A DNA stretch of 64,000 nt from Candidatus Latescibacterota bacterium (GTDB lineage: Bacteria; Latescibacterota; UBA2968; GCA-2709665). A program made the translations under genes and the position numbers. Positions 23,177-33,032 of this stretch are shown one piece after another. Under the pieces are notes generated by a model. It made no database searches. It was given only the letters and a program-made list of their open reading frames with translations, and was not told the DNA's origin. Where the stretch lies: positions 1,984,001 through 2,048,000 of the forward strand of contig OZ250150.1 of NCBI GenBank assembly GCA_965237675.1, written 5' to 3'. How positions within the stretch are numbered: position 1 is the stretch's first letter; each line of letters starts with the position of its first letter.

Positions 23177-25390
23177 ATGTCAACCGAAAGCGTCTTACCG
23201 GGAACAGACCGGCTCGTCACTGACGGCGACCTGGCTGCCGCCATGGTCGCCGGAATGGATCGTTACCTCGGGCGTGAAACTCGATCCGCGCGCAAGGACC
23301 GCGATTCTCAAAGAGATACGGCGTCGGACGAAGCACTCCGGCAGCGCCTCTCGGAGATGCTGGGTCTAATCGACTCCCGCGAAAGCGAAGCCATCCGGAT
23401 CGTCTCACCCGTTGACGTGCCGGCCGAAGTGGCCTCGGGTCGGGGCTACCGGATTTACGAGGTGCGCTGGCCCGCGCTCAAGGGTGTCGACGGCGAGGGC
23501 CTCCTGCTGCAGCCCGAAAGGCCGCCGGTTGCGAACGTCATCGCCCTGCCGGACTGCGATGTCTCGCCCGAGCAATTCACAGGACTGCATCCTGGCGTTC
23601 CGGCATCCGCCCAGGCTGCCCGGCGCCTGGCCGAAACCGGATGCCGCGTCCTCGTTCCTCTTCTGATGGATCGTCGGTGCGATTACTCGGGGCATCCCGA
23701 CATCGGCATGACCAACCAGCCTCACCGGGAGTTCATCTACCGTGCCGCGTATGAATTGGGCCGCCATATCATCGGGTACGAAATTCAGAAGATCTTCGCG
23801 GCGGTCGACGCCCTGGTTTCCGACGACCTTCCCATAGGCCTGTTCGGACACGGGGAGGGCGGCCTTCTCGCGTTCTACGGCGCTGCGTTGGACGCTCGCA
23901 TCCGGGCAACTGCGGTTTCCGGTTACTTCCAACCCCGGGAAGACCTCTGGCGCCAACCCATCTACCGGAATCTCTTCGGCCTGCTCAGGGCATTCGGCGA
24001 CGCGGAAATCGCGGCCCTCGTCGCCCCGCGCGCGCTTGTTGTGGAGATCGCCGACCATCCCGAAATCACCGGACCCCCGGAGGTGGAGAACAGAAGTCAG
24101 ACCGCCGCGCCGGGCCGCCTCACGACGCCGCATCCGGAAACTGTCGAGGCGGAATTCGACCGTGCTCGACAGTTGGCAGCCGGAACGACACACTCGTTCG
24201 TGCTGACCAGAAGCCAGGACGGGACGCCCGGCGCCGACGCGACGCTGGGAGCGTTCCTGAACGCCCTCGGTGCGTCTTCATCTTCGGCGGCGTCGACGGT
24301 CCTGCCAACTCGCGTTCGCGACGGTGTATCTCCCGAGGTCCGCGCAAAGCGGCAATTCAATCAACTCCTTGATCACACCCAATTCGCCCTGAGGGAAGCC
24401 GAGTTTCGACGGGCCGACTATTGGGCCGAAGCCGGGGGATCCGGTGCCGGCATCGATCCCAAACGGGTCGAGAACTACCGCCGGCGGCTCTGGAACGACG
24501 TTATCGGTCCCCTACCGCCCGTCTCGCTGCCACCCAACCCGCGCACCCGGTTATTCTTTGACGAACCTGAAGTCACGGCTTACGAGGTAATGCTCGACGT
24601 CTATCGCGATGTCTTCGCGTACGGCATCCTGCTGATCCCCAAACGCATCTGCAACAACGAGAGGCATCCCGTTGTAGTCTGCCAGCACGGTTTGGAAGGG
24701 CGTTCCCAATCCGTGGTCGACCCCGACGGCCCGCGACACCCTTATCGAAACTTTGCATACACACTGGCGAGAGAGGGTTTCGTCACGTATGCCCCGCAGA
24801 ATCCCTACATCGGACAGGATGCCTACCGGGTGCTCCAGCGCAAGGCCAATCCGCTGAAACTTTCGCTGTTTTCCTTCATTGTCCGGCAGCACGAACAGAC
24901 GCTCGCCTGGTTGTCCTCCCTGCCGTTTGTGGATGCCGACCGCATCGGATTCTACGGCATCAGCTACGGGGGGAAGACCGCAATGCGGGTTCCCGCCCTC
25001 CTGAAACACTACTGTCTCTCCATCTGTTCGGCGGACTTCAACGAGTGGATCTGGAAGAACGCTTCCGCCCGCCACAAATACAGTTATCTTTTCACCCGCG
25101 AATATGAAATGCCCGAATTCAACCTCGGCAATACGTTCAACTACGCCGAAATGTCCTGGCTGATCTGTCCGCGCCCTTTTATGGTCGAACGCGGCCACCA
25201 CGACGGCGTCGGCCCCGACGAATGGGTGGCCTACGAATACGCGAAGACATACAGGCACTACGCGCTTCTCGGCCTCGCAGACCGCACGGAAATCGAATAC
25301 TTCAACGGCCCCCATACGATCAACGGCGTGGGCACCTTTGCGTTTTTGCGTAAACACCTGAAGACGGGAGATGTAAGAGGAGAGACGTGA
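23177..25390 (+). CDS. Tandem alpha/beta hydrolase (dienelactone hydrolase-like)
   Basis: Two hydrolase-like halves; GHGEGG in the first, VVCQHGLEG and GISYGG nucleophile elbow in the second. Confidence 0.75.
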   Translation: MSTESVLPGTDRLVTDGDLAAAMVAGMDRYLGRETRSARKDRDSQRDTASDEALRQRLSEMLGLIDSRESEAIRIVSPVDVPAEVASGRGYRIYEVRWPALKGVDGEGLLLQPERPPVANVIALPDCDVSPEQFTGLHPGVPASAQAARRLAETGCRVLVPLLMDRRCDYSGHPDIGMTNQPHREFIYRAAYELGRHIIGYEIQKIFAAVDALVSDDLPIGLFGHGEGGLLAFYGAALDARIRATAVSGYFQPREDLWRQPIYRNLFGLLRAFGDAEIAALVAPRALVVEIADHPEITGPPEVENRSQTAAPGRLTTPHPETVEAEFDRARQLAAGTTHSFVLTRSQDGTPGADATLGAFLNALGASSSSAASTVLPTRVRDGVSPEVRAKRQFNQLLDHTQFALREAEFRRADYWAEAGGSGAGIDPKRVENYRRRLWNDVIGPLPPVSLPPNPRTRLFFDEPEVTAYEVMLDVYRDVFAYGILLIPKRICNNERHPVVVCQHGLEGRSQSVVDPDGPRHPYRNFAYTLAREGFVTYAPQNPYIGQDAYRVLQRKANPLKLSLFSFIVRQHEQTLAWLSSLPFVDADRIGFYGISYGGKTAMRVPALLKHYCLSICSADFNEWIWKNASARHKYSYLFTREYEMPEFNLGNTFNYAEMSWLICPRPFMVERGHHDGVGPDEWVAYEYAKTYRHYALLGLADRTEIEYFNGPHTINGVGTFAFLRKHLKTGDVRGET

Positions 25391-25423
25391 GAAGTAGGAA
25401 GACCACACCGCAACCCGGCCGCC

Positions 25424-25585
25424 GTAGGGGCAACCCTTGTGGTTGCCCACGTCGCGTCGCGGTAACAACGGCTCACACAAAAATAGCGGTCAGTGGACAG
25501 CCAACACCGCCTTGCGATGCGGGCAGCCGATATCGATTCGCGGATGCCTGGTTATTGTAGGGGCGACCGGCCGGTCGCCCCTACA
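25424..25585. repeat. GTAG-family REP palindromes
   Basis: GTAGGGGCAACCCTTGTGGTTGCCC at 25424 (identical at 58176 and 59474); perfect palindrome TGTAGGGGCGACCGGCCGGTCGCCCCTACA at 25556-25585. Confidence 0.8.
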
Positions 25586-25712
25586 GATCCCGCTCGGCGG
25601 ACCTTTCCGATCTACCATTACTACCGTCCGGTGGCCGGGACGGGGATTTTCCGCCTGCAAACGGCCTTTCGTCGATTGGCAAATTGAAGTCAAACGAATG
25701 AGGATGGTACCA

Positions 25713-26753
25713 ATGCCAAACGCCGCGTGGGTAAACGTGATCGAAGACGACCGCAGAATTAAAATCGAAACCGCCGAACTCGAAGCCGTGATTCCGAAGA
25801 AGGAACCGAAGCGGTGGATGACGGGAATCGAAAAGGGCTCGTTTGTCGACAGAACCACCGGTTTCCGGGAGGCGGGCGACGGTTTGATGGTGGTCGACTG
25901 GCTGATGGAAGCCGGAAGCGATGAATCCTACGGCGCCAGCGTGTTTGCCGATGACGGGCACGGCGTGGGCAAATACCGCTGGTATGAGACCGAGACGGAA
26001 CCGGAAGCGCGTTCGTACGCCATCATGGCCCATGGAAGCAGCCATCGCAAGCGCATGGTCGAGGGACCGCAACTCTGCCACAGAATGAAACCCGTTCAGC
26101 CGGATGTAATCCACGGGACCGACTTCATCGCCGTGAGGACCCGGTATCGTTTCGAGTATGCGGCGCCGGGCCGAAACGCGGGGTCGCAATGGACACAGTT
26201 GATCGTGTTTCCCAGGGGCGAACGGTTTTTCGTATTGATGGACGAAATCCGATGCGTAAACGATTCAACGGAGATGTTTCTGAGGAACGACACCCCGGGT
26301 TGTGTCCGCCACAGCCACGGCGATACGTTCAGCGAGATGTATCTCAGCTATCTGAGCGGCCCCGGCGGCCTGCGCATTCCGTCCAGTGAATTCTTGAGTC
26401 CGTTTCCCCCCGACCGGAAATTCGGATATCGCCGCGACCTGAACAGAGCCCCTGATCATTTCATCCGCGCCTACCGCCTGCGCGATCCGGAAACAGGCGA
26501 CATCGGGCCATGGCTGGCCGGCCTTACGCTGGATCCCTCGGTCGTCTACGAAGCCTGGTGCAGCCAGCGGCCTGGCGATATCATCGTGATGATTCAGGAA
26601 ATCCACGGAAAACCCGTAAAAGCGGGCGATGTGTTCAGCGCGGCGCACATCGTGGGCTACTTCGATAGCATAGAGGACATGCACAGGGTATATGATCGCC
26701 ACAAGGGCCACACCAGGCTGGCGGTCGACAAATCGGGCTGGACACTGCAATAG
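25713..26753 (+). CDS. Hypothetical protein
   Basis: About 346 aa ORF with GAGG before ATG 25713; no family recognised. Confidence 0.7.
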   Translation: MPNAAWVNVIEDDRRIKIETAELEAVIPKKEPKRWMTGIEKGSFVDRTTGFREAGDGLMVVDWLMEAGSDESYGASVFADDGHGVGKYRWYETETEPEARSYAIMAHGSSHRKRMVEGPQLCHRMKPVQPDVIHGTDFIAVRTRYRFEYAAPGRNAGSQWTQLIVFPRGERFFVLMDEIRCVNDSTEMFLRNDTPGCVRHSHGDTFSEMYLSYLSGPGGLRIPSSEFLSPFPPDRKFGYRRDLNRAPDHFIRAYRLRDPETGDIGPWLAGLTLDPSVVYEAWCSQRPGDIIVMIQEIHGKPVKAGDVFSAAHIVGYFDSIEDMHRVYDRHKGHTRLAVDKSGWTLQ

Positions 26754-27009
26754 TGTTCTGTCCCGGAAATATGTCACCATTCTTCCCTGCCTGTGCGTGA
26801 GGCAGCACGCACAGGCAGGCGTCGGTTCATCCCGTGTCAATGCGTTGCTCTCGGTGAAAGCGCATCCATACGACGCCGGAACGACGTCACGCGCAATTCG
26901 CTCCCGCACGAACGCGGGTCAGGACTTTTCCCGTCCGCGCAAGGCATTTTACCACGGTGCCAACGAGGGTATTGTGTGGATCGGTAACATATCTCGAACA
27001 GAGGATCAT
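26751..27009. mobile_element. Possible degenerate MITE containing a perfect hairpin
   Basis: Imperfect terminal inverted repeats TCTGTCCCGGAAATATGTCAC / GTAACATATCTCGAACAGA; internal CCTGCCTGTGCGTG-aggcag-CACGCACAGGCAGG. Confidence 0.4.
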
Positions 27010-27029
27010 TTCATACGGGAGAGCTCGCG

Positions 27030-27971
27030 ATGAACGAAGAGGCGAAGGGCCGGGACTGGGTGTGTGTTACGGAGAAGGCGGCATGGCAGGCGCGTGATTC
27101 GCAGGGGGAGATGGTGTACGACGGCCACATGTGGATTCTGGGAGGCTGGTTCACCCCCCAGACACCCAATCCGCGGGACGTCTGGAAGTCGTCCGACGGG
27201 GAACATTGGACACGTACGGTGGAGGTTGCACCCTGGGCACACGGCGATCTGCCGGCAACCATGCCGTTCAAGGGCAGGATGTGGCTGATGGGAGGGCGGA
27301 AATTGCCCGGCGCTGAGAATACGAACACGGTATGGTCATCGCCCGACGGCGCGGATTGGGACCTGGAAACGGATAATCCGGGCTGGTGCCCGCGGGTATC
27401 ACCGTCGTTTGTCGTGTTCAAGGACCGCATGTGGATCATGGGGGGAACCGAAAATTTCTACCAGGACGACGACACGACGCTCAAGAACGACGTCTGGTCC
27501 ACCGCCGATGGCAGGAATTGGAGACTCGAAATCGAGAATGCGGCCTGGTCGAAACGAACGCACGCACAGGCCGTGGTCTTCAGGAACAAAATCTGGATCA
27601 TGGGTGGTGGTGCATGGCAACCCGAAACCATTCCGCTCAACGACGTATGGTGTTCGGAAGACGGCGCGAACTGGACCCAGGTAACGGCCGAAGCGCCATG
27701 GAAGAAGCGCATGTGGTTTTCACTGGTCGTCTATCGAGGCCATATGTGGGTCCTGGGTGGATGGTCGCGACAGGACGGGAACTTCGGCGATGTCTGGTAC
27801 TCAAAGGACGGCGCGAACTGGACGGAACTCGAATCCGACGTGATCTGGACAAAGCGCCACGAGCATTCGGCCTACGTGTTCAAGGACAGAATCTGGCTCG
27901 CGGGCGGGCACGCCGAGCCTTTGAACAGCGAGGTCTGGTCCCTGGAACTTCCACCCGATTGGCCGGGTTGA
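27030..27971 (+). CDS. Six-bladed Kelch-like beta-propeller with Asp-box motifs
   Basis: Six repeats of the form W..R....V(F/Y)..(M/I)W..GG, five followed by VWxSxDGxxW-like motifs. Confidence 0.8.
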   Translation: MNEEAKGRDWVCVTEKAAWQARDSQGEMVYDGHMWILGGWFTPQTPNPRDVWKSSDGEHWTRTVEVAPWAHGDLPATMPFKGRMWLMGGRKLPGAENTNTVWSSPDGADWDLETDNPGWCPRVSPSFVVFKDRMWIMGGTENFYQDDDTTLKNDVWSTADGRNWRLEIENAAWSKRTHAQAVVFRNKIWIMGGGAWQPETIPLNDVWCSEDGANWTQVTAEAPWKKRMWFSLVVYRGHMWVLGGWSRQDGNFGDVWYSKDGANWTELESDVIWTKRHEHSAYVFKDRIWLAGGHAEPLNSEVWSLELPPDWPG

Positions 27972-28044
27972 TCCGTCCGCTCGTGCGCCGAAATCACCCG
28001 GTCCCGGTTTCCGGATCGATTCCGATGTCAGGAGGAATATCACA

Positions 28045-29232
28045 ATGAAAATCAAGTCCATCCGCGCCGTACACGTAAACTTTCCCGATACGTACGGTCA
28101 CGCGAAGCCCTCCACCGGGGAATTCAAGACGGCGCGGCGTCCGTCGTGGGTCGAGCAGGGACCCGTTGCCAATCCGATGACACGCTATCCGCGTTACGCC
28201 GCATTTCGTCCGTCCTGGCTGCCGAAATGGGGCGGCTTCGGCTGTGTCGTCGAATCCGAAGACGGCACTCTGGGTTTCGCCACCGCCAGCCACGGCCGTC
28301 CGGTGGCGGCCATCATCGACGATTTTCTCGGACCGCGGCTGGTGGGCGAGAGTTGCCTGGCAACGGAAAAGTGCTACGATATGATGGTGCGGATGGGGGC
28401 CTCATACGGCGCCACCGGTTTGCATGCCTACGCCGTCAGCGCCATCGATCTGGCGTTGTGGGATCTGAAGGGTAAACTGCTGGATCGGCCGGTCTACGAA
28501 CTACTTGGCGGACCGGCGCGTGACGAGATGTTCTGCTATGCCACGGGCGGTGACGCCGACTGGTACCTGGAACTCGGGTTCGAGGCCATCAAGTTGCCGT
28601 GCCCGTACGGTCCGGCTGACGGCCTGGACGGCCTCCGGAAAAACGTGGATCTTGTGGCGGGCACGCGGGACCTCGTGGGTGCCAACGTGGAACTCATGCT
28701 GGACTGCTGGATGGCGTTCGACGTGGAGTACGCCGTACGCCTGGCGGAGGAACTGCGTCCCTGCAAACTCAAATGGATGGAGGAAATGCTCCGTTCGGAG
28801 GATCTCGACGCCCACGCCGAGTTGCGTCGCCGGCTTCCCTGGCAGACGCTGGCTACGGGTGAACACTGGTACACGACCGTTCCGTTCCAGCACGCGGCGG
28901 GCCGCCACCTCCTGGATATCTTCCAACCCGATATCAACTGGGTGGGCGGTTTGACCGCGGTGGTCAAGATCTGCGCGATCGCCGAGGCGGCCGGCATTTC
29001 GGTGATTCCCCACGGTGGTGGCAATACGCCCTATGGCCAGCACGTCTGCTACGCGATGCCCGCCATTCCGTGGACCGAGTGCTTCGTGGCCAGCCCGCCC
29101 GGCGTCGACCCGGAAGAATCCGCGCGGCCCCCCGGCGTTTCCGTCCCCAGGGGCGGACGAATGAAGCCGGTGGACGGGCCCGGTTTCGGCGTGGAAGTCA
29201 CCGAGGCGCAGTTGTCGCCTTTTCGCTATTAG
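28045..29232 (+). CDS. rhmD: L-rhamnonate dehydratase-like enolase-superfamily enzyme
   Basis: VANPMTRYPRY, SAIDLALWDLKGK, KLPCPYGPADG, MLDCWM, WMEE, TGEH, QPDINWVGG. Confidence 0.8.
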   Translation: MKIKSIRAVHVNFPDTYGHAKPSTGEFKTARRPSWVEQGPVANPMTRYPRYAAFRPSWLPKWGGFGCVVESEDGTLGFATASHGRPVAAIIDDFLGPRLVGESCLATEKCYDMMVRMGASYGATGLHAYAVSAIDLALWDLKGKLLDRPVYELLGGPARDEMFCYATGGDADWYLELGFEAIKLPCPYGPADGLDGLRKNVDLVAGTRDLVGANVELMLDCWMAFDVEYAVRLAEELRPCKLKWMEEMLRSEDLDAHAELRRRLPWQTLATGEHWYTTVPFQHAAGRHLLDIFQPDINWVGGLTAVVKICAIAEAAGISVIPHGGGNTPYGQHVCYAMPAIPWTECFVASPPGVDPEESARPPGVSVPRGGRMKPVDGPGFGVEVTEAQLSPFRY

Positions 29233-29349
29233 GACAACGGGTAGATTGCCGGATTGCGACGAGCGTCGCTATCGCCTCAGTGGGCAGAAGTCCGGTTTGT
29301 CGCCGGGTCTCGCGCACGGCGGTTGTCCACGAACACCCGAGGATCTACG

Positions 29350-31122
29350 ATGAAAATGAAGATCCGGATCGTCGCGGCCGCATTGGCCGCCACCGCGCCA
29401 TGGGCTCAGGCGCAAGAGGCCGGCGTCGACGACCTGTTGAAGGACATCAGCCGACGCATCGTGGCGGCGAAACGCGCACCGACGCCGGAGCGATCGATCG
29501 CGAATTGCTGGAACTCGGCAAGTGCCGTCTGTGTCTCCCGGCTGACGCTCCGGGCCGCAAAGATGTTCGGCGCGAGGTCCGATTGGGAATTGGAAATACG
29601 CGCCGGCGCGTTTGCAGCGGGCGCGGCGGCGCAAGCCGCACAGGGAAATGCGGCGGGTGCCAGGACGAGTTTCGATCTGGCGGTTGCGGCGGCCCGGACG
29701 GTCAAGAGTGGATCTGCACGGGTGCGCGCGTTGCGCAACGTCGCGTCCGTCCAGGCTGGAGCCGGGGAGGTCGACTACGCACGGGCCACCGCCACGTCTA
29801 TCCTCGATGTCCCGGGGCGGGTCGATGCGTTAATCGGGGTCGCGTCGGCATCGTCGAAGAAGGGAGATCTGAGTGCAGCCCTTGGAAGCTTCCGCCTGGC
29901 CGTCTCGACTGCCCGGTCGATTGGAGACCGAAATCTGCGGTCCCTGGGTCTGAACAAGGTCGTTATGGCCCAGGCGGCCGTCGGCTACACCGCGTCCGCG
30001 CGGGCGACCGCGCGGTCAATCGAAGACGTCGAGGGACGAATCGATGCGTTGATTCGTGTCGCGTCGGCATCGGTGAAGGCGGGCAGGGCCGGAGATGCCC
30101 CGGCAATATTTAACCTGGCGATCGAGGCGGCCGGATCCGTTGGAGACGGATACCGGCGAACCCTTGTGCTGGGAAAGATCGCGTGGGCCCAGGCGGAATC
30201 GGGCAACGATGGTGACGCCCGGATGACGCTCGACAGTGCTCTCGAAGCCTCGGGGCGCGGGATGGATATCCAAACTGCCGGGGCAGCGATTGCCGCACTG
30301 ACGGACGTTGACCCCCACGTGTTTATTCAGGTCGCAAACGCACAGATGAAGATGGGAGATCCGGACGGCGCGCGGCAGACCCTGGAACGGGCATTCGAAT
30401 CGGTCCGGGCGGATATGTCCACGTCGCAGATTAAATGGTTGTTTAACATCGCCTCCGCACGGACCGCGGCGGGCGACGCGGATGGCGCGCGGCAGACCAC
30501 AGACACCGCTGCCCAACGCCTCGCATCGGCGGCAGATGCCGATATCATTCAGAACCTGGCTTACCATATCGCGCCGGACCAACTCGATAAGCTGCTCGAA
30601 ATCGCCGGGTCGCTCACTTTTAAAGATACGGACGCGAAAAAAAACCTGGTCTATCATGTGGCGATGCGGCAGGCGCAGACAGGAGCGATCGAGCGCAGCC
30701 TCCACAACGCGCGTCGGATCCATCGCGCCTCGAGGAGGGACGCCGTTTTCAGCGAGATCGTAACCGCCCAGGCTGGGGCAGAGAAATTCACAGCTGCGAC
30801 GGCAACCGCCGAGTCAATCAATGATACCAATAAGAGGATCAGGGCATTTGTGGGGATAGGGCAAGCGCAGGCGCGGGCGGGCGACGTCGAGAAAGCCCGG
30901 AGGACCGTTGCTTTGGCGGCGGCCGAACGCGCGAGGGCGGCTCGGGGCGTGATCACCGCGTGGACCTTGACGGAACTGGCGGCGGCGCAGGTGGCTGCAG
31001 GCCGTGATGGCGACGCCAGGCGCACCGTGCGCGATGCACTTCTGAAACTCAGATCTGCCTCCCGACTTGCCCGCGCCACCTGGCTGCCGGGCATTCTGAA
31101 CGTCGTCCAAGAACTAAAATAG
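29350..31122 (+). CDS. Secreted TPR-like alpha-helical repeat protein
   Basis: Signal-like N-terminus MKMKIRIVAAALAATAPWAQA; repeats ARATATSILDVPGRVDALIGVASAS / ARATARSIEDVEGRIDALIRVASAS. Confidence 0.75.
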   Translation: MKMKIRIVAAALAATAPWAQAQEAGVDDLLKDISRRIVAAKRAPTPERSIANCWNSASAVCVSRLTLRAAKMFGARSDWELEIRAGAFAAGAAAQAAQGNAAGARTSFDLAVAAARTVKSGSARVRALRNVASVQAGAGEVDYARATATSILDVPGRVDALIGVASASSKKGDLSAALGSFRLAVSTARSIGDRNLRSLGLNKVVMAQAAVGYTASARATARSIEDVEGRIDALIRVASASVKAGRAGDAPAIFNLAIEAAGSVGDGYRRTLVLGKIAWAQAESGNDGDARMTLDSALEASGRGMDIQTAGAAIAALTDVDPHVFIQVANAQMKMGDPDGARQTLERAFESVRADMSTSQIKWLFNIASARTAAGDADGARQTTDTAAQRLASAADADIIQNLAYHIAPDQLDKLLEIAGSLTFKDTDAKKNLVYHVAMRQAQTGAIERSLHNARRIHRASRRDAVFSEIVTAQAGAEKFTAATATAESINDTNKRIRAFVGIGQAQARAGDVEKARRTVALAAAERARAARGVITAWTLTELAAAQVAAGRDGDARRTVRDALLKLRSASRLARATWLPGILNVVQELK

Positions 31123-31182
31123 ACGAGGACTCCGGGTATGGAGACCTCCGTCGAATAGCGACAGTTTTTCAGATGTGAACAG

Positions 31183-31211
31183 AGACGCCTGGCAATAGGG
31201 CGTCTTTTTTT
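31183..31211 (+). terminator. Intrinsic terminator after the TPR gene
   Basis: AGACGCC...GGCGTCT stem followed by a T run. Confidence 0.65.
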
Positions 31212-31292
31212 CGAAGACTGACAGTTTGTGTTACGATGTGTGCTGTCAGCACCGATTTTGTGCATGACGTCATGCTTCCGGCACCTGGGATC

Positions 31293-31327
31293 AAAAAAAG
31301 CGGACGCCGACATATGTCGGCGTCCGC
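31293..31327 (-). terminator. Intrinsic terminator of the cold-shock gene
   Basis: Perfect GCGGACGCCGAC-atat-GTCGGCGTCCGC hairpin followed by 7 T on the minus strand. Confidence 0.85.
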
Positions 31328-31353
31328 CTGCGCGTACAAAAGCTTCGTTGAAT

Positions 31354-31554
31354 CTATCGTTTGTTCACATTTGCCGCCTGGAGCCCCTTGGGACCCTCGA
31401 CGATTTCAAATTCGACCTCATCTCCCTCGGACAACGACTTGAAACCATCGCCCGAGATTGCCGAAAAATGCACGAACACGTCTTCTCCGCCGTCCTGCTC
31501 GATGAAACCAAAGCCCTTGGCGTCGTTGAACCACTTCACTCGACCGTCAGCCAC
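31354..31554 (-). CDS. cspA: Cold-shock protein, CspA family
   Basis: [15 protein letters not shown] (RNP1), DVFVHFSAI (RNP2), [10 protein letters not shown]. Confidence 0.96.
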   Translation of the reverse strand: MADGRVKWFNDAKGFGFIEQDGGEDVFVHFSAISGDGFKSLSEGDEVEFEIVEGPKGLQAANVNKR

Positions 31555-31835
31555 CGCTTATTCACCACCTTTCTACCTTGAACTGAATGTGCAGACAATC
31601 AAAAAGGCAAGGACCGGAACTTCTGATCCTTGCCGAATCGTTTTTTTCGACTGCACAGGAGACAGAAACAGCGTCCTTCTATTTACAACAATGATATTTA
31701 AAGTTAATCCCTTCCACTTCGAATGTCAACTCCTTTTTTATGATATTCGTGAAATTTTTCGATGTCCCGCCCGGATCCGCCCGTTTTTACCGTCCGCAGT
31801 GGCGAACGAATAATCCCGGCCCATGCAGTTGCGCA

Positions 31836-31979
31836 TCAGTGTGTCGAACTGGAAAGATGCAGGCCGGTCACGCCGCCGATCGAGGGCCACAACCTGGCGA
31901 ATCCGTCCGAGAGTTTCATGCAGGTCGTGCCGGCGACTTCGAGGACGATGGCGAGAAAGAGAAAGTACCAGCTTGCCAT
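31836..31979 (-). pseudogene. SMR (EmrE/QacE-type) transporter with in-frame internal deletion, 47 aa
   Basis: Not in the ORF track. Reads MASWYFLFLAIVLEVAGTTCMKLSDGFARLWPSI-GGVTGLHLSSSTH*, i.e. SMR TM1 joined to the TM4 tail; AAGGAG RBS intact. Confidence 0.8.
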
Positions 31980-32104
31980 GGAAGGATCTCCTTTAGGGTT
32001 GGTGGTTGCGGTTGACTTTCACCGTGTTCATTGGCATTTTAGCCATGGTCTATGCGCCAGGCAAACGAAATTGAGCGGATTTCTTCAACGGAAGGGGCAA
32101 TTGA

Positions 32105-32971
32105 ATGTCATTACCGGTTATTTTGCACGTGAATTACTGTGAACAGGGACAGTCGATCCCGGAGATGTGCCGGAAAGCGGTGGGCTGGGGGTACGAAGGG
32201 ATCGAGTTCCGCCGGTACCGCCGGGGAGAAGACGAGACGCCAGAACAGTACCTGGATACGATCGCCGCGGCCGCGGAAGCATCGGGGCTGATGCACGTGC
32301 TGTTCGGGGGCCCCGGCGTGGAGCTGACGGGGGAGGATTCCGCCGGTCGCGCGGCGCAGGTGGAGGAAGGGGTTCGGTTCTACCGCCTCGCGAGCGAGCG
32401 CTTGCAACTTTCGGTGTGCAATATAATGGCCGGAACACTTCGCAGTTCGGACCCGAACGCCGGATCCCGGCATCATATGCACGGGTCCGGAGCCGCGTCG
32501 GCGTATCATTACGCATGGGCGGCCGAGGGGTTCAAGGAACTCGGTGCGGTGGCGGAAGAGATCGGATTCAAGCTGGCGTTCGAGATCCACATGGGCTATG
32601 TGCACGACCTGCCGGCGCCCACGATGAAACTCCTGGATATGATCGGTTCGCCGTGCGTTGGGGCGAACCTGGACTACGGGAACATGGTGTACTTCCCGTC
32701 CTGTCCGTCCATCGGAGAGACCGTTTCCACGCTGGGCGACAAGCTGTTCATGGTGCATCTGAAGAATTCAATGCCCGCGGGAGACGGGCGGAACGCCGTG
32801 GGGTTGGGCGACGGGACTATCAACCACAGGGAGTACCTGCTGGCGCTGAAACACGGGGGATTCAGCGGTCCGCTATGTATTGAAGCCCCGAGGCCGGGCG
32901 ACCGGGAGTGGTACGCGCAGCAGGACATCGCATATCTGAAAGGGGTGTTGAAGGATCTGGCGTGGGAGTAG
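32105..32971 (+). CDS. Sugar phosphate isomerase/epimerase (xylose-isomerase-like TIM barrel)
   Basis: GYEGIEF, AFEIH, NLDYGN, VHLKN, GDGTIN, LCIE metal-ligand pattern. Confidence 0.85.
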   Translation: MSLPVILHVNYCEQGQSIPEMCRKAVGWGYEGIEFRRYRRGEDETPEQYLDTIAAAAEASGLMHVLFGGPGVELTGEDSAGRAAQVEEGVRFYRLASERLQLSVCNIMAGTLRSSDPNAGSRHHMHGSGAASAYHYAWAAEGFKELGAVAEEIGFKLAFEIHMGYVHDLPAPTMKLLDMIGSPCVGANLDYGNMVYFPSCPSIGETVSTLGDKLFMVHLKNSMPAGDGRNAVGLGDGTINHREYLLALKHGGFSGPLCIEAPRPGDREWYAQQDIAYLKGVLKDLAWE

Positions 32972-33032
32972 CGGCGGCGGCCGGCTCGGGGGTGCGGTCG
33001 ATCGGGGGAACGTCCCCTGCCCGTACGGCCGG

